IMG/VR virus record: IMGVR_UViG_3300021476_000134
Location: 1-27,536 of that record
Direction: 5' to 3' (one strand)
Length of the DNA: 27,536 nucleotides
Source of the DNA: a virus
Taxonomy: Duplodnaviria; Caudoviricetes
Translations under genes and position numbers: made by a program
The notes under the pieces: generated by a model
The model's database searches: none
What the model was told of the DNA's origin: nothing
Seen by the model: only the letters and a program-made list of their open reading frames with translations
Part shown: positions 9,181 to 18,191 of the stretch, in pieces
Numbering within the stretch: the first letter of the stretch is position 1
Layout: each line of letters starts with the position of its first letter

Positions 9181-10296
9181 TCACTGCCCACAACTCACCC
9201 CTGCAGATGTCCGCACATTGCTGACTCTATTGTACCGCGCCACCAATTCCGCCACTTGGGGCGGTCGAATCATCGTCATGCATTTTGGCACCACACACTG
9301 CTCCAGGTGAGTTGGTGTCCCATTAACTGGCCTCTCGCACGTGTCCACATCGAGGGCGCTGCCGTCACCAAGCGGAATCACACGCGACCGCCAGCACGCG
9401 CCACCGGATACACCTCTAGCCGTCTGGCAGGGCAGCGCACCCACAGTGTGCAGGTAGTGCTGCTTCGGGTAAGCATTCCACTGGACCGGCTCGCGCCCGC
9501 CTGCAATAATCACGGCGGGTTTCTCCAGTGCCGCCGCGACGTGCATGAGCAAGGAGACACCGCACACCACCCCGCGAGACTGGCGTACTAAATCAAATAG
9601 CCCACGAAGCGATGTCATACCAACCACACTACAGACGCCACGCAACGCAGGATGATGGTCTAGTGCGCCACCTACTTGCACAAACTGGACTTCCGGCAGC
9701 AAATCTACTACCTTCTGGTAATTATACTGCCCCCATAGCTTGTTGGTGAAGTCTTGCTTACCACCGGAGCAGATTATCCAATAGCCCTCTTGAGGAAGCA
9801 CATCATCAAAGTAGAGGCGCGGTCGGCTGGTAAGGAGTGGAACGTCAATGCCAAGCGCCGAACCAAGGAATTCACACCAACCTTGCATGAAGTGGATGCC
9901 GCGCTCATTTGACCTATGGATCGCTGGGTAGTGCATCTGTATCGGCAGTGCATGCTCCTCTTGAGGAGACACATCCGGGTTGCATGCAAATACCTCCATC
10001 CACTTGCACTCCACCGCCGTCCGGTATCTGCCTGGATGAGCCTGGTGGAGAGAATAGATTGCAGCCGTCGCCACTACAGCATCACCAGATGCTTGGTCGA
10101 ACTTGAGAAGAAGGAGTTGAGGAGAGCCGCCAGCAGTCACAGCGCCAGCCTCGCGCGCCCACTGCTCGCGGAACACCGCAGCGGTGCCGAGGTCCACGTT
10201 CACGCCGGCGCAGAGCTCGCGCATCCGGCCAACCATCTCGCGCCGGTAGCGCGGGCAGAACCCGTCCTGCTCGCAGTCACAGAAGGTAACACTCAT
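9181..10296 (-). CDS. GT9 family (ADP-heptose:LPS heptosyltransferase-like) glycosyltransferase with a Cys-rich N-terminal extension
   Basis: ASGDAVV, VFACNPDV, GGKQDFTNKLW, FVQVG, GMTSLRGL, CGVSLLMHVAAALEKP and GGREP. Start at ATG 10296 preferred over 10338. Confidence 0.88.
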   Translation of the reverse strand: MSVTFCDCEQDGFCPRYRREMVGRMRELCAGVNVDLGTAAVFREQWAREAGAVTAGGSPQLLLLKFDQASGDAVVATAAIYSLHQAHPGRYRTAVECKWMEVFACNPDVSPQEEHALPIQMHYPAIHRSNERGIHFMQGWCEFLGSALGIDVPLLTSRPRLYFDDVLPQEGYWIICSGGKQDFTNKLWGQYNYQKVVDLLPEVQFVQVGGALDHHPALRGVCSVVGMTSLRGLFDLVRQSRGVVCGVSLLMHVAAALEKPAVIIAGGREPVQWNAYPKQHYLHTVGALPCQTARGVSGGACWRSRVIPLGDGSALDVDTCERPVNGTPTHLEQCVVPKCMTMIRPPQVAELVARYNRVSNVRTSAGVSCGQ

Positions 10297-10319
10297 TGCG
10301 CACCCCACCCCCACGGGTC

Positions 10320-10950
10320 GCTTCCCCTTCCCTCTCATCTAGCTATCCGTTTCCTTACCCCCTCTGGCCCGCCTCTTTCGACCGTCAGTGTTGCGAGGTA
10401 GGAAAGAGGCGCTACCATCATTTTGCAACACTCTAGCGCGCTCAGTTGGGTATTGCTACCGTCCAGTTCGCGCATAGGGACAGGGAGTTGAGGTCTCCGG
10501 TAGTAGTGGTCGGTCGGGTCGCTACGCAAGGTACGGGGTTGAACTTACGGACATCCATCACCGCTGTTCGCTCCACAGGCGTCACATCCGTGATCCAGCC
10601 TTGCGCCCCACCCCGTTCAACAGTTTGACTTCCGCATCACCAGCATACCTGGCTCTCCCAACCTACAGGAGCTTCCCCCATAGGTGCAAACTGCCGGCGG
10701 TTGGCGGGGCACGCGGTTCCCATATCAAGGGATGTGGGGTATACTGTAGGTATACCCGTGGGGAAATTTCCAACCGCAATTTTCCCCGGCGTGCGGCGGG
10801 GTGGAACTCGCCCCGCCGCGTTTAATTTACCACAAAATTCTAGAAATCCGCCGGGAATACCCGAAAAATCGCCTAGGACTGCATTACCGGGCGGTTTGGG
10901 CGGGACGGGCATAGAAATCCCGCCCCGAAATCCGGGGGCGGAAATCGCAA
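10320..10950. other. about 630-nt hairpin-rich intergenic region between divergent genes (control region, ncRNA or origin)
   Basis: Inverted repeats at 10370-10411, 10661-10685, 10737-10757, 10760-10787, 10793-10819 and 10920-10941. No convincing ORF. Confidence 0.6.
10843..10946. repeat. clustered GAAATC(C) direct repeats
   Basis: GAAATCC at 10843, 10914 and 10927, GAAATCG at 10941, and the variant GAAAAATC at 10863. Confidence 0.45.
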
Positions 10951-10951
10951 A

Positions 10952-11206
10952 ATGGGGCAAACCATGAAACCAACCCGAATTTTCGTGCTCTGCGCCGTCG
11001 TGTTCGGCGCGGGGTTGCTATGTGGTCACTGGTGGCAGAGTGCGCAGGCTGTGCCAGTCGTTATCGACGCCGACCCCAAAACACCTATCATTCGCAAACA
11101 CACATCTCAAATCGAGGATCTGCAAGCATTCCAGCAGATCACTATTGACCGCCTCGACAAGCTCGATCCGCCTCCTGGTAAAGATAAACTACCAGGGCAG
11201 AACTAG
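10952..11206 (+). CDS. small membrane-anchored or secreted protein with a short coiled coil (only credible plus-strand gene)
   Basis: MKPTR basic n-region, hydrophobic IFVLCAVVFGAGLLCG, AQA cleavage-like site and a heptad-like IEDLQAFQQITIDRLDKL. Start at 10952 or 10964. Confidence 0.65.
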   Translation: MGQTMKPTRIFVLCAVVFGAGLLCGHWWQSAQAVPVVIDADPKTPIIRKHTSQIEDLQAFQQITIDRLDKLDPPPGKDKLPGQN

Positions 11207-12678
11207 GCGAGCTGGATAAACCCCATCTCAGTCTGGCCCTTAATGAGAGCTGTTGTAACGCCACCGACTACCGCGTACTCGGCCTGGAGCGTAAGGACTT
11301 GCCCTGCTGTTGCGGTCGTGATCGTCGCGATTGAACAAGAATCCCACTGTTCGGTATTGGCTGTTATCAGCCAGACGATTGCCTTAGTGGTACCACTAAC
11401 GACTGATCCGGCGATAGCTAGTTGCGCCCGAATTTGATCGCCTACAGTAGCGGAGTTCAAGTCTCCGGTGACGTTGGCCCAGATGTAATAGGTGCCTGTG
11501 TTCGGCAACGTCAGGCTTACTCCAGTTACATTAACGTATGACGCTGTACAGCTGTAATCACCACTTGGCCCCTGCGAAACCCAGCCATTCGTACCGGTCG
11601 TCCCGCCTCCAGCCGCCGGATACTGCCTCACCGTCCAGTTCGACACCCCATCCGTCTCCGCCTCGGCCCCGCCGCGCGCTAAATTAACTGCAACTAGGTT
11701 GGCGCCGCTCCTGTTGACTTGATCGCTTCCATAAGGCGCGACGCTGATCGTGTTTGTCGCGCTGGCGCTACCAGATTCATCTTGGATATGAAGCGTGAAC
11801 CCCGGTGGCAGCGAGCCAGCTGGTGGCAGCGTTACAATGTGCGCTGCTGTGATGGACGTGTACGCAATTAGCCGGTCTATCGTGATACACGTGTAGCTCG
11901 CGTCGGCTACCGGTGTCCGCCCAACAGAGACAAACGGTATCCAGCCGGTGTCACCAGGCTGCGCAGAGCTACCGCCAGGCGTGCGGAGCAGTCCGTCGTA
12001 TTCCCAGTCGATGTGGTCGTATGCCCCCCACACCAGCGGGTAGGTGTTGGCAGCTGGCACCCATGTTGGTGCGCCGGTCACCTTTAGCGTCGGTTTGGAG
12101 AGCACACCAGGTGGCGCGACGCTGATACTTACGGTTGTGCCAAAATTGATTAGGGTGTTGTTGGTGTAGTTGATCGTTGATGAGCTGTAAGTCACGGTTG
12201 ACGAGTTGTAGGTCTCAGTTACCGTGTTGTAGGTTATGGTCGTTGAGTTATAGGTTACACTCGACGTGCTACTGTAGGTTACAGTCGAGTTGAAGGTTGT
12301 ATTTGAATTGAACGTCACACCAACGTTGTATACCGTAGTGGTATTTGTTACTGCGAAGGCGCTGACTTCGTACACCGGCAGGCTCGTCCAGCTACCTGCT
12401 AACCGCCCCAAGTAATACCCTGGCGTCAGACCAGCGCCATTTACGTCGTCCACTAGCACTGGCTCACGATCTCGTGGCAGCAGTGAACCGTCATCCCTCA
12501 TTTGACACAAAAACGATACGTAGAGTGTTGGCCCTAAGAACGAGGAACCTGCTGGCTGCGCGAATCCTCCTGGCCCGACAACAGTAGCTGTCGTTACGCG
12601 CAGAAGTTGAACAAGTGGTGGATACCGTGGCAGGTCATCACGCAGCGTCGGAGGCTGCAATGGACTCGGTAGGTCCAT
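11203..12678 (-). CDS. putative tail fibre/spike-like virion protein
   Basis: Thr/Ser/Gly-rich composition. The YT...D.LI....T....VTLP.A...G....I.DESG.A...N.I.V...GSD.VN module is typical of fibre proteins, and the C-terminal domain is beta-rich (GTYYIWANV). Confidence 0.65.
   Translation of the reverse strand: MDLPSPLQPPTLRDDLPRYPPLVQLLRVTTATVVGPGGFAQPAGSSFLGPTLYVSFLCQMRDDGSLLPRDREPVLVDDVNGAGLTPGYYLGRLAGSWTSLPVYEVSAFAVTNTTTVYNVGVTFNSNTTFNSTVTYSSTSSVTYNSTTITYNTVTETYNSSTVTYSSSTINYTNNTLINFGTTVSISVAPPGVLSKPTLKVTGAPTWVPAANTYPLVWGAYDHIDWEYDGLLRTPGGSSAQPGDTGWIPFVSVGRTPVADASYTCITIDRLIAYTSITAAHIVTLPPAGSLPPGFTLHIQDESGSASATNTISVAPYGSDQVNRSGANLVAVNLARGGAEAETDGVSNWTVRQYPAAGGGTTGTNGWVSQGPSGDYSCTASYVNVTGVSLTLPNTGTYYIWANVTGDLNSATVGDQIRAQLAIAGSVVSGTTKAIVWLITANTEQWDSCSIATITTATAGQVLTLQAEYAVVGGVTTALIKGQTEMGFIQLA
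12130..12350 (-). repeat. 7-residue Thr/Asn/Ser-rich coding repeat, (V/I/E)TYNS(T/S)T
   Basis: VTYNSTT-ITYNTVT-ETYNSST-VTYSSST-INYTNNT in the translation. Confidence 0.75.
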
Positions 12679-12702
12679 AGCCCCTTACTCCCTTTGAAGG
12701 GG

Positions 12703-13938
12703 TTAACCATCCCACAATCCAGACCACGGAGGATACTGTCCTCTAACAATCTGCGTCCTCCATCCCTGGCGGTCTTGATTGCTGTAGTCCTGGTACCACC
12801 GCACCCCATCTACCTGCGAGCCAGTAGTGAATGGCAGCGCGCTACTATAGGTCTGCGTCATGAACCCAGCCGTCTGCCGGTACACCTTGGCGAAATACTG
12901 GGTAATGCGCTCCTGCGCTATGGCGCTTGCCATCGCTGTGTCGGCTGCCAATGGGTTGTTTCCCACGTCGTACTGGACTGTAAAGTCGGACCAGATGTAG
13001 TGCGTGCCGACTGCCGCAGCGAATGCCGCCGGCGCGCTAAATGTAACACTATAGTATGGCGTCATATCCCACTGTGGGGTGTCGTACCGTGCGGTCTCCT
13101 CGGTGCCATATACACTGTTACGGCGGCGAAACAGCACCTTCACCGTCTTTGGCACACGCCCGGCCCCGGTGTCGATCCACTCTTGGTCGCCCTCCAGGTT
13201 TGTGGCGTATTTCGTCTGGAGTGTGGTGAACGTTGCGTCCGCAGCTCCTGGCGATACTATAGTAAATGGATTAACCTTGGTTAGGTCACAGGCTATTGCA
13301 AGGCCGATGTACTCTAGTATGTCGTTGAATGCGTACCACGCAGGGACACCGGGAAGCCAGAACCCCTCCGGCGTTCCAGATACGGTAACACCCGCTGGCA
13401 GACCCGGCCATGCACCAAGGATGTTGCTCGTGTTCATTTGGTTCCACATGTCCTGCAACATCGTTGTCCATGTCCATGTCGTGCCGCCATTCATTGAGCT
13501 TGGGTGGAACGTCTGCGGGTACGATGGCGCACGGATGTTGTAGAACGCGGTGGCAGGCGCCTGGAACCACCTGTTGTATATGATGCCACGACTATCGGTT
13601 ATCTCGATGAGATAGATTGCATTGATGTCTGCTGACAGCCCACGTGTCACACATTGGGCTTGCACAATGGATAGGTTCTGGAGTGTCGCAACATTGTTTG
13701 GTTGCGTTGGATTGCCTATATTTAGCTGGAATGTGGTACTGTAAGTATTGAGGTTATTATAGTCACCACGCGCCATCAGTATCCATCCACGAGACGGCCA
13801 TCTTCCGGTTGGAACATATATGCAGTTGGCCCGCTCCAGCATCGGTATCATCTCACGCCGAAACCGAGCTCGGTTCTCACGAATCGACTGCGGGTCGTAC
13901 AAGGCATATTGCTGTGTAGCGGCCCCAAAAGTATTCAT
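12703..13938 (-). CDS. putative tail/baseplate structural protein
   Basis: 411-aa ORF directly upstream of the fibre-like gene, with a beta-rich pattern (IYLIEITDSRG). The call rests mainly on position. Confidence 0.45.
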   Translation of the reverse strand: MNTFGAATQQYALYDPQSIRENRARFRREMIPMLERANCIYVPTGRWPSRGWILMARGDYNNLNTYSTTFQLNIGNPTQPNNVATLQNLSIVQAQCVTRGLSADINAIYLIEITDSRGIIYNRWFQAPATAFYNIRAPSYPQTFHPSSMNGGTTWTWTTMLQDMWNQMNTSNILGAWPGLPAGVTVSGTPEGFWLPGVPAWYAFNDILEYIGLAIACDLTKVNPFTIVSPGAADATFTTLQTKYATNLEGDQEWIDTGAGRVPKTVKVLFRRRNSVYGTEETARYDTPQWDMTPYYSVTFSAPAAFAAAVGTHYIWSDFTVQYDVGNNPLAADTAMASAIAQERITQYFAKVYRQTAGFMTQTYSSALPFTTGSQVDGVRWYQDYSNQDRQGWRTQIVRGQYPPWSGLWDG

Positions 13939-14321
13939 GTACTACATGCCGTGCAGAATTGGTATTCTATGTAATTATGAGCTGTTTTCTCCCATCTACT
14001 AGTCTGATATTCATGTTTACTATTCCATGTTCTAACAGCATTAGTTGACACATTCTTACCAAACTCGATAGCCTCGCTTAGAGTTTTACCGCAGCGCAGA
14101 GCAGTCATGATACCGCGTATACCTTCCATCTTGAAGAATAGGTCCATCCACTCACCGCCCCCTACTGGTATCTTGCTTCCTATTGCATGCACTTCAGCAG
14201 TGTACTTTTCGACCAGATCATCATAGACCCTACTAAGCCTTAGTAAGATTACGTCGGTAGCATTGGCCTGAATTAAAGTTCTCTTAGACACTGGCATATA
14301 AATCTCAGAAGTCGATTCCAA
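13935..14321 (-). CDS. hypothetical protein, 128 aa
   Basis: Overlaps both neighbours and is AT-richer than them. No motif recognised. Confidence 0.6.
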   Translation of the reverse strand: MESTSEIYMPVSKRTLIQANATDVILLRLSRVYDDLVEKYTAEVHAIGSKIPVGGGEWMDLFFKMEGIRGIMTALRCGKTLSEAIEFGKNVSTNAVRTWNSKHEYQTSRWEKTAHNYIEYQFCTACST

Positions 14322-16704
14322 ACTCTTTCGCCCTGTCGATCTCCTCCTGGGCGAATTCTAGCATCTCAGTCCGGCACTCTACCAGGTATCCCTTAATCTT
14401 CTCCGCGCGCTCCATCACAAGGCGCTTTGCGTCTTCAAGGTCGTCGGCTACCGCTACCACTGCACCTATTTCTGGCATCTCGCCAGAAGTCGGTACGTGG
14501 TAAATTTTGTTGTCTATAATGGCAAGGTTGCGCAGCTTGACCCACCGACGAATTGACTCTGGTATCTCTAGTGGTACCCAATTAGCAAGTGCGAACTGGC
14601 AGTGTATCATTGCTATGGCAATGAACTCTCCAGTGCTGCGGACAGGTGCAACTCTGCCGTTAGCCCCTTCCCATATAATCTCGGCAATGTTGTCGTACCC
14701 TTCCAGCAGTCCTTCAAATGGAGGGCTACCAGCTCGAAGACATGGGTCTATCATCAGCGCATCGCCGTCCTTGGTCAGCCTGAACTCGAACGAGCAGAAT
14801 CCGACCGCGCCTTCCTCCTTGAGGATAGGAGACAGTTTTTCGTTTATCTCACGCATTGGTTTTGGCAGCTCCGGGTACGGTGAGAACTTTCCTATGTAGC
14901 CATTGTCCTTTACCTCGAACCCCCAATAGGCTGCCTCCGGCCATTCGCCCTTAACCGTGAACCCGTCGTATCCGATTTCAATGCCGTCGATGTTGTCCTC
15001 CACAATAAACTCATACGAATCCGCCAGCGCGCCTACACGGTTGCGGAAGTAGTCTAGGTAGACTGCGCTAGTATGCCACGTCTCGTGGTGCCATGTTTCT
15101 GAGTTGCCAGACCAGTAAGCCTTACCATTTCGGCGCACAAAGATGGAGTGGTGTGGTGATACTGAAACGTCGTAGACCATTCCGTTGTACCGCTCAACTG
15201 AGATATTTTTTGGTTCGACTTGGCGGTCGATTCTTCCGGATTGGTTTACAACATAGGCACGGACTCGTGTTGTAATTATAGTTCCGCTTGTAGTTGTTCC
15301 TCCTTGGTCTCCCGGTTCACTGGCCACACAAATATTGGCTGAGTATCCTGCCTTGAACGATAGTTCTTGTACGTCATCGGCTAGTTGAATTGAACTTGTG
15401 TAGTATCGAACGCGCTCTCCGCTTTCTATGCAACCATCTCCAAGAGCGTAGGTAGATAAAAATATCTTAATCTGGTCGTTAGGAAGTGTTTTAACATAAT
15501 CTGGCACTTTCTTAGTGTGGGCGCACTTCTCCTTACCACATACCTTACATGGTTTGTTCAGGTAGCATGTCTCCCACAGCTCCATAAATAGTGACTTGTC
15601 ATAGATACTCCAACCTCTATCGCCCTCAGTTTGGACGTTGTATGGCATCCGCGCAAGCAAGTCACGGATTTCATTGTACTTCTCTGGGTTAGCCGCTACG
15701 CTCTGACATATGGCCACTTTGTATTTGTTGCGGTTTGGTCCAGCAAGGTATAAATAGCCTTCGCTGACAAACCACCCAAGGAACTCTAGCCAATCATTGA
15801 TACCTATTGATACGTCGTCGGTAACATTTCGTTTGCCAGAACCACGGCGCGGAATATACGTTTCTCTATTTCTTCTTCTCTGTTTATATCTATCACGATA
15901 CTTTACTGTGTAGGTTTCTCTGCGGTTGCCTGCCCATCGGAATCCTAGTGGCAAGGAGAATGACATACCAATCAGGTCTTCAGATGACTTATACTTCCAC
16001 GGACTGTTCTGTCGAGACCGTCTCCAGAAATGGTGATTCGGTGTTACCAGTGCATCTACAGATCGACTGCGCAGACGGACCATATCCCCAGAATATGACT
16101 TTTTCACCACGGTGCTCACTTTGAAGAAACTGGCTTCTCGACTGTCCATATCCATACTCAAGACTTTGTCTTGTTCGGTAACAGCAGCAAATCTTTTCCA
16201 ACCGGACTCAGTAAATATCTCAGTCTTCTCGTCGAAGCAATCCCCCCTGTAGCAGCTGATCTTGATCCACTTGTCTTCAACCGTCTGTAGGTATGCAGAT
16301 AATGCATCAACGCCAATAAAGTGTTTTGTGGGTGGCGCACCAATGCCGAGGTCGCGCTGAAGGCGGCGCGTTCCCCACCGGTCGAGCTCTAGCGCCTCGG
16401 CACCAAAATGGGACCAGACTGGCTTGTTGAGCCGGTCCTTGACGATGCGCGCGAGGTTGGCGAAGTACAGATCTGGGAACACTACCAGATCAGCATCCTG
16501 CACATGATCCCAAAACGACTCGACACGTTCTACTTTGTCGATACCGGTGCCGACAAACGCGGGTGCAGCCTTCGGGTACCCACTGATCCACGGAACGAAC
16601 AGCTTAACCTCCCCGAAGTCGCGTGCAAGGCGCGGAGCAAGCTCTACAAACAGTCCGTTGTCGGCGATGAGACAGCTCTTGGACCTCAAGTTTGTCGGCA
16701 TCAC
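14305..16704 (-). CDS. PurD (GAR synthetase)-like ATP-grasp ligase interrupted by an intein
   Basis: [50 protein letters not shown] and FCSFEF...[10 protein letters not shown]. The spliced product would be about 420 aa. Confidence 0.8.
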   Translation of the reverse strand: MMPTNLRSKSCLIADNGLFVELAPRLARDFGEVKLFVPWISGYPKAAPAFVGTGIDKVERVESFWDHVQDADLVVFPDLYFANLARIVKDRLNKPVWSHFGAEALELDRWGTRRLQRDLGIGAPPTKHFIGVDALSAYLQTVEDKWIKISCYRGDCFDEKTEIFTESGWKRFAAVTEQDKVLSMDMDSREASFFKVSTVVKKSYSGDMVRLRSRSVDALVTPNHHFWRRSRQNSPWKYKSSEDLIGMSFSLPLGFRWAGNRRETYTVKYRDRYKQRRRNRETYIPRRGSGKRNVTDDVSIGINDWLEFLGWFVSEGYLYLAGPNRNKYKVAICQSVAANPEKYNEIRDLLARMPYNVQTEGDRGWSIYDKSLFMELWETCYLNKPCKVCGKEKCAHTKKVPDYVKTLPNDQIKIFLSTYALGDGCIESGERVRYYTSSIQLADDVQELSFKAGYSANICVASEPGDQGGTTTSGTIITTRVRAYVVNQSGRIDRQVEPKNISVERYNGMVYDVSVSPHHSIFVRRNGKAYWSGNSETWHHETWHTSAVYLDYFRNRVGALADSYEFIVEDNIDGIEIGYDGFTVKGEWPEAAYWGFEVKDNGYIGKFSPYPELPKPMREINEKLSPILKEEGAVGFCSFEFRLTKDGDALMIDPCLRAGSPPFEGLLEGYDNIAEIIWEGANGRVAPVRSTGEFIAIAMIHCQFALANWVPLEIPESIRRWVKLRNLAIIDNKIYHVPTSGEMPEIGAVVAVADDLEDAKRLVMERAEKIKGYLVECRTEMLEFAQEEIDRAKEFGIDF
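15103..16239 (-). mobile_element. intein with LAGLIDADG homing endonuclease (residues 156-534)
   Basis: Block [16 protein letters not shown], block [18 protein letters not shown] blocks FLGWFVSEG and [10 protein letters not shown], and blocks [12 protein letters not shown]...[12 protein letters not shown] followed by a +1 Ser. Confidence 0.95.
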
Positions 16705-17576
16705 CTACCTCTTGGATCAGTCATGGTATGCCACACGTCTTCTGTTGTATCTGAGGAAATAGTCATCACATGCCCGTCACCCCAGCACACTACGAGGCCG
16801 GTGGCTGAGTGACCTTGAGCAGATAGTCGACTACAACTTCCAGGTGATGGACGCACCTGGAACATCGGACAAGGCTTAAAGCCTGGAGATGATGCAACAG
16901 CAGCGTCATCGCCGGTGCAGGTAATCGGACGGAACCAAGGGTTACTGTCTGCCCACAGCCGGGACACTTCAGGATTACGGTCGCAGACACTGTACACCTC
17001 CATCAGGAATACGATGTTACTCAACCCGTTTGGAAAGTCTCGGTCAAACCGCCTAGTAGACTGCTCACGGAACCGCTGGGCCGCGCCGAGTGGATTTCCA
17101 AGCGCAAGATAGTTGGCGACAATACCCGAAACAGACCACTGATCTGCGCCGCCGAATGAACCTCCGACGGCGTTTGGCTCATAAGGTGATTGATAAACCT
17201 CAACAGCGAAACGGTAAAACTGAATTCCATCTTGTGCTCCTCCTGGCTTCCTTGTGACAAACCCGCTCAGATTGTATAGGCGTTGCTCCTCGACATAAGG
17301 CAGCAGATAACTCGCCCATGTCCAGCCCACTGAGTCCGGGTACGGCGGCGCATGAACAGGATCGAGCCAATGGCGAGCACAAAGCGGCGGGGTTGCGTCG
17401 TAGGTATCATAAGCCGCGTGCAGAGCTAAGCCGGTCTGCCTGAACCGATTAACAGCAACTGTGCGGGTAGCGGCCTCACGAGCCAACTGGACAGCGCATA
17501 GGAGTAGCGCGAGTAGCAGAGAAATGATAGCAATGACTACCAACAATTCCATCAACGTCCATGCATGGCGTCGCAT
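16701..17576 (-). CDS. DUF1559 family prepilin-type N-terminal cleavage/methylation protein (Planctomycete type)
   Basis: [36 protein letters not shown]...N..RQ.GLALH, W...[19 protein letters not shown] and a C-terminal H...G..V.WGDGHV motif. Confidence 0.92.
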   Translation of the reverse strand: MRRHAWTLMELLVVIAIISLLLALLLCAVQLAREAATRTVAVNRFRQTGLALHAAYDTYDATPPLCARHWLDPVHAPPYPDSVGWTWASYLLPYVEEQRLYNLSGFVTRKPGGAQDGIQFYRFAVEVYQSPYEPNAVGGSFGGADQWSVSGIVANYLALGNPLGAAQRFREQSTRRFDRDFPNGLSNIVFLMEVYSVCDRNPEVSRLWADSNPWFRPITCTGDDAAVASSPGFKPCPMFQVRPSPGSCSRLSAQGHSATGLVVCWGDGHVMTISSDTTEDVWHTMTDPRGR

Positions 17577-17650
17577 ACCTTGCTCTCCTATCCTAATGCC
17601 TATAGGATCGTCCCAAGATTACATTACAGCGATTTTCCGGCATTGTACAG

Positions 17651-18172
17651 TTAAGACATTAAGTACACCAGCAACAGCTCCTCGTCCTCTTGAAGGTCAT
17701 CCCAATAGCGCAGCGACCGGAGTGGTCTATACCTGTATGGGTCATAAAATGGCCCGCCCCCACCGCCGCCAGCCCCCGCAGGCATAATCACCGGAGCCGG
17801 CGCTGGTGGCACTGGTACGGCTGTGGAGGTATATAGTGCAGTTGGAGGAGTTCCCAACGCTGGCACTGGCGTTGCAGTAATTGTCCTTGCTCCAACCGTT
17901 GATGGTGTATAGGTGAACGTCTGCCCTGCCGCACTGCCAGCCACAAAGGTCAGTGTTGCTGGGGTGAAGGTGCCGCCCACCCCGCCATCGTCCATTGTCA
18001 CGACTTCTTGGACAGCGCACGTACCACCTATCGGCGTTACCGTGAAATTGGTTGAGGCGACGTTGACCTGGCCTGTCAAGGGGCCAGTAAGTGAGAAGTT
18101 GGTGGCGTTAACAACCGCAGCAGAGCTGCCGCCATTGAGAAAGCTGAACAGGACTAGCTCGGTGAGGTTCAT
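17651..18172 (-). CDS. Thr/Gly-rich beta-sandwich-like protein with Pro/Gly linker and acidic-hydrophobic tail
   Basis: GGTFTPATLTF...QTFTYTP..VG..TIT (Ig/Calx-like pattern) and C-terminal DDLQEDEELLLVYLMS. Confidence 0.6.
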   Translation of the reverse strand: MNLTELVLFSFLNGGSSAAVVNATNFSLTGPLTGQVNVASTNFTVTPIGGTCAVQEVVTMDDGGVGGTFTPATLTFVAGSAAGQTFTYTPSTVGARTITATPVPALGTPPTALYTSTAVPVPPAPAPVIMPAGAGGGGGGPFYDPYRYRPLRSLRYWDDLQEDEELLLVYLMS

Positions 18173-18191
18173 TTATAGAACAGATTGACAA

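Noticed and set aside
10335-10967. Track ORFs at 10335-10529, 10601-10825, 10637-10960 and 10701-10967
   Set aside because: Pro/Gly/Arg-rich translations of GC-rich inverted repeats, mutually overlapping, with no motifs. More likely non-coding.
12130-12350. Ice-nucleation or antifreeze repeat
   Set aside because: The period is 7, with no AGYGST octamer or regular TxT ladder. A fibre shaft is the simpler explanation.
14305-16704. Calling the ATP-grasp gene purD
   Set aside because: It lacks the PurD N-terminal GSGGREH motif and there is no purine operon context. Only the fold similarity is supported.
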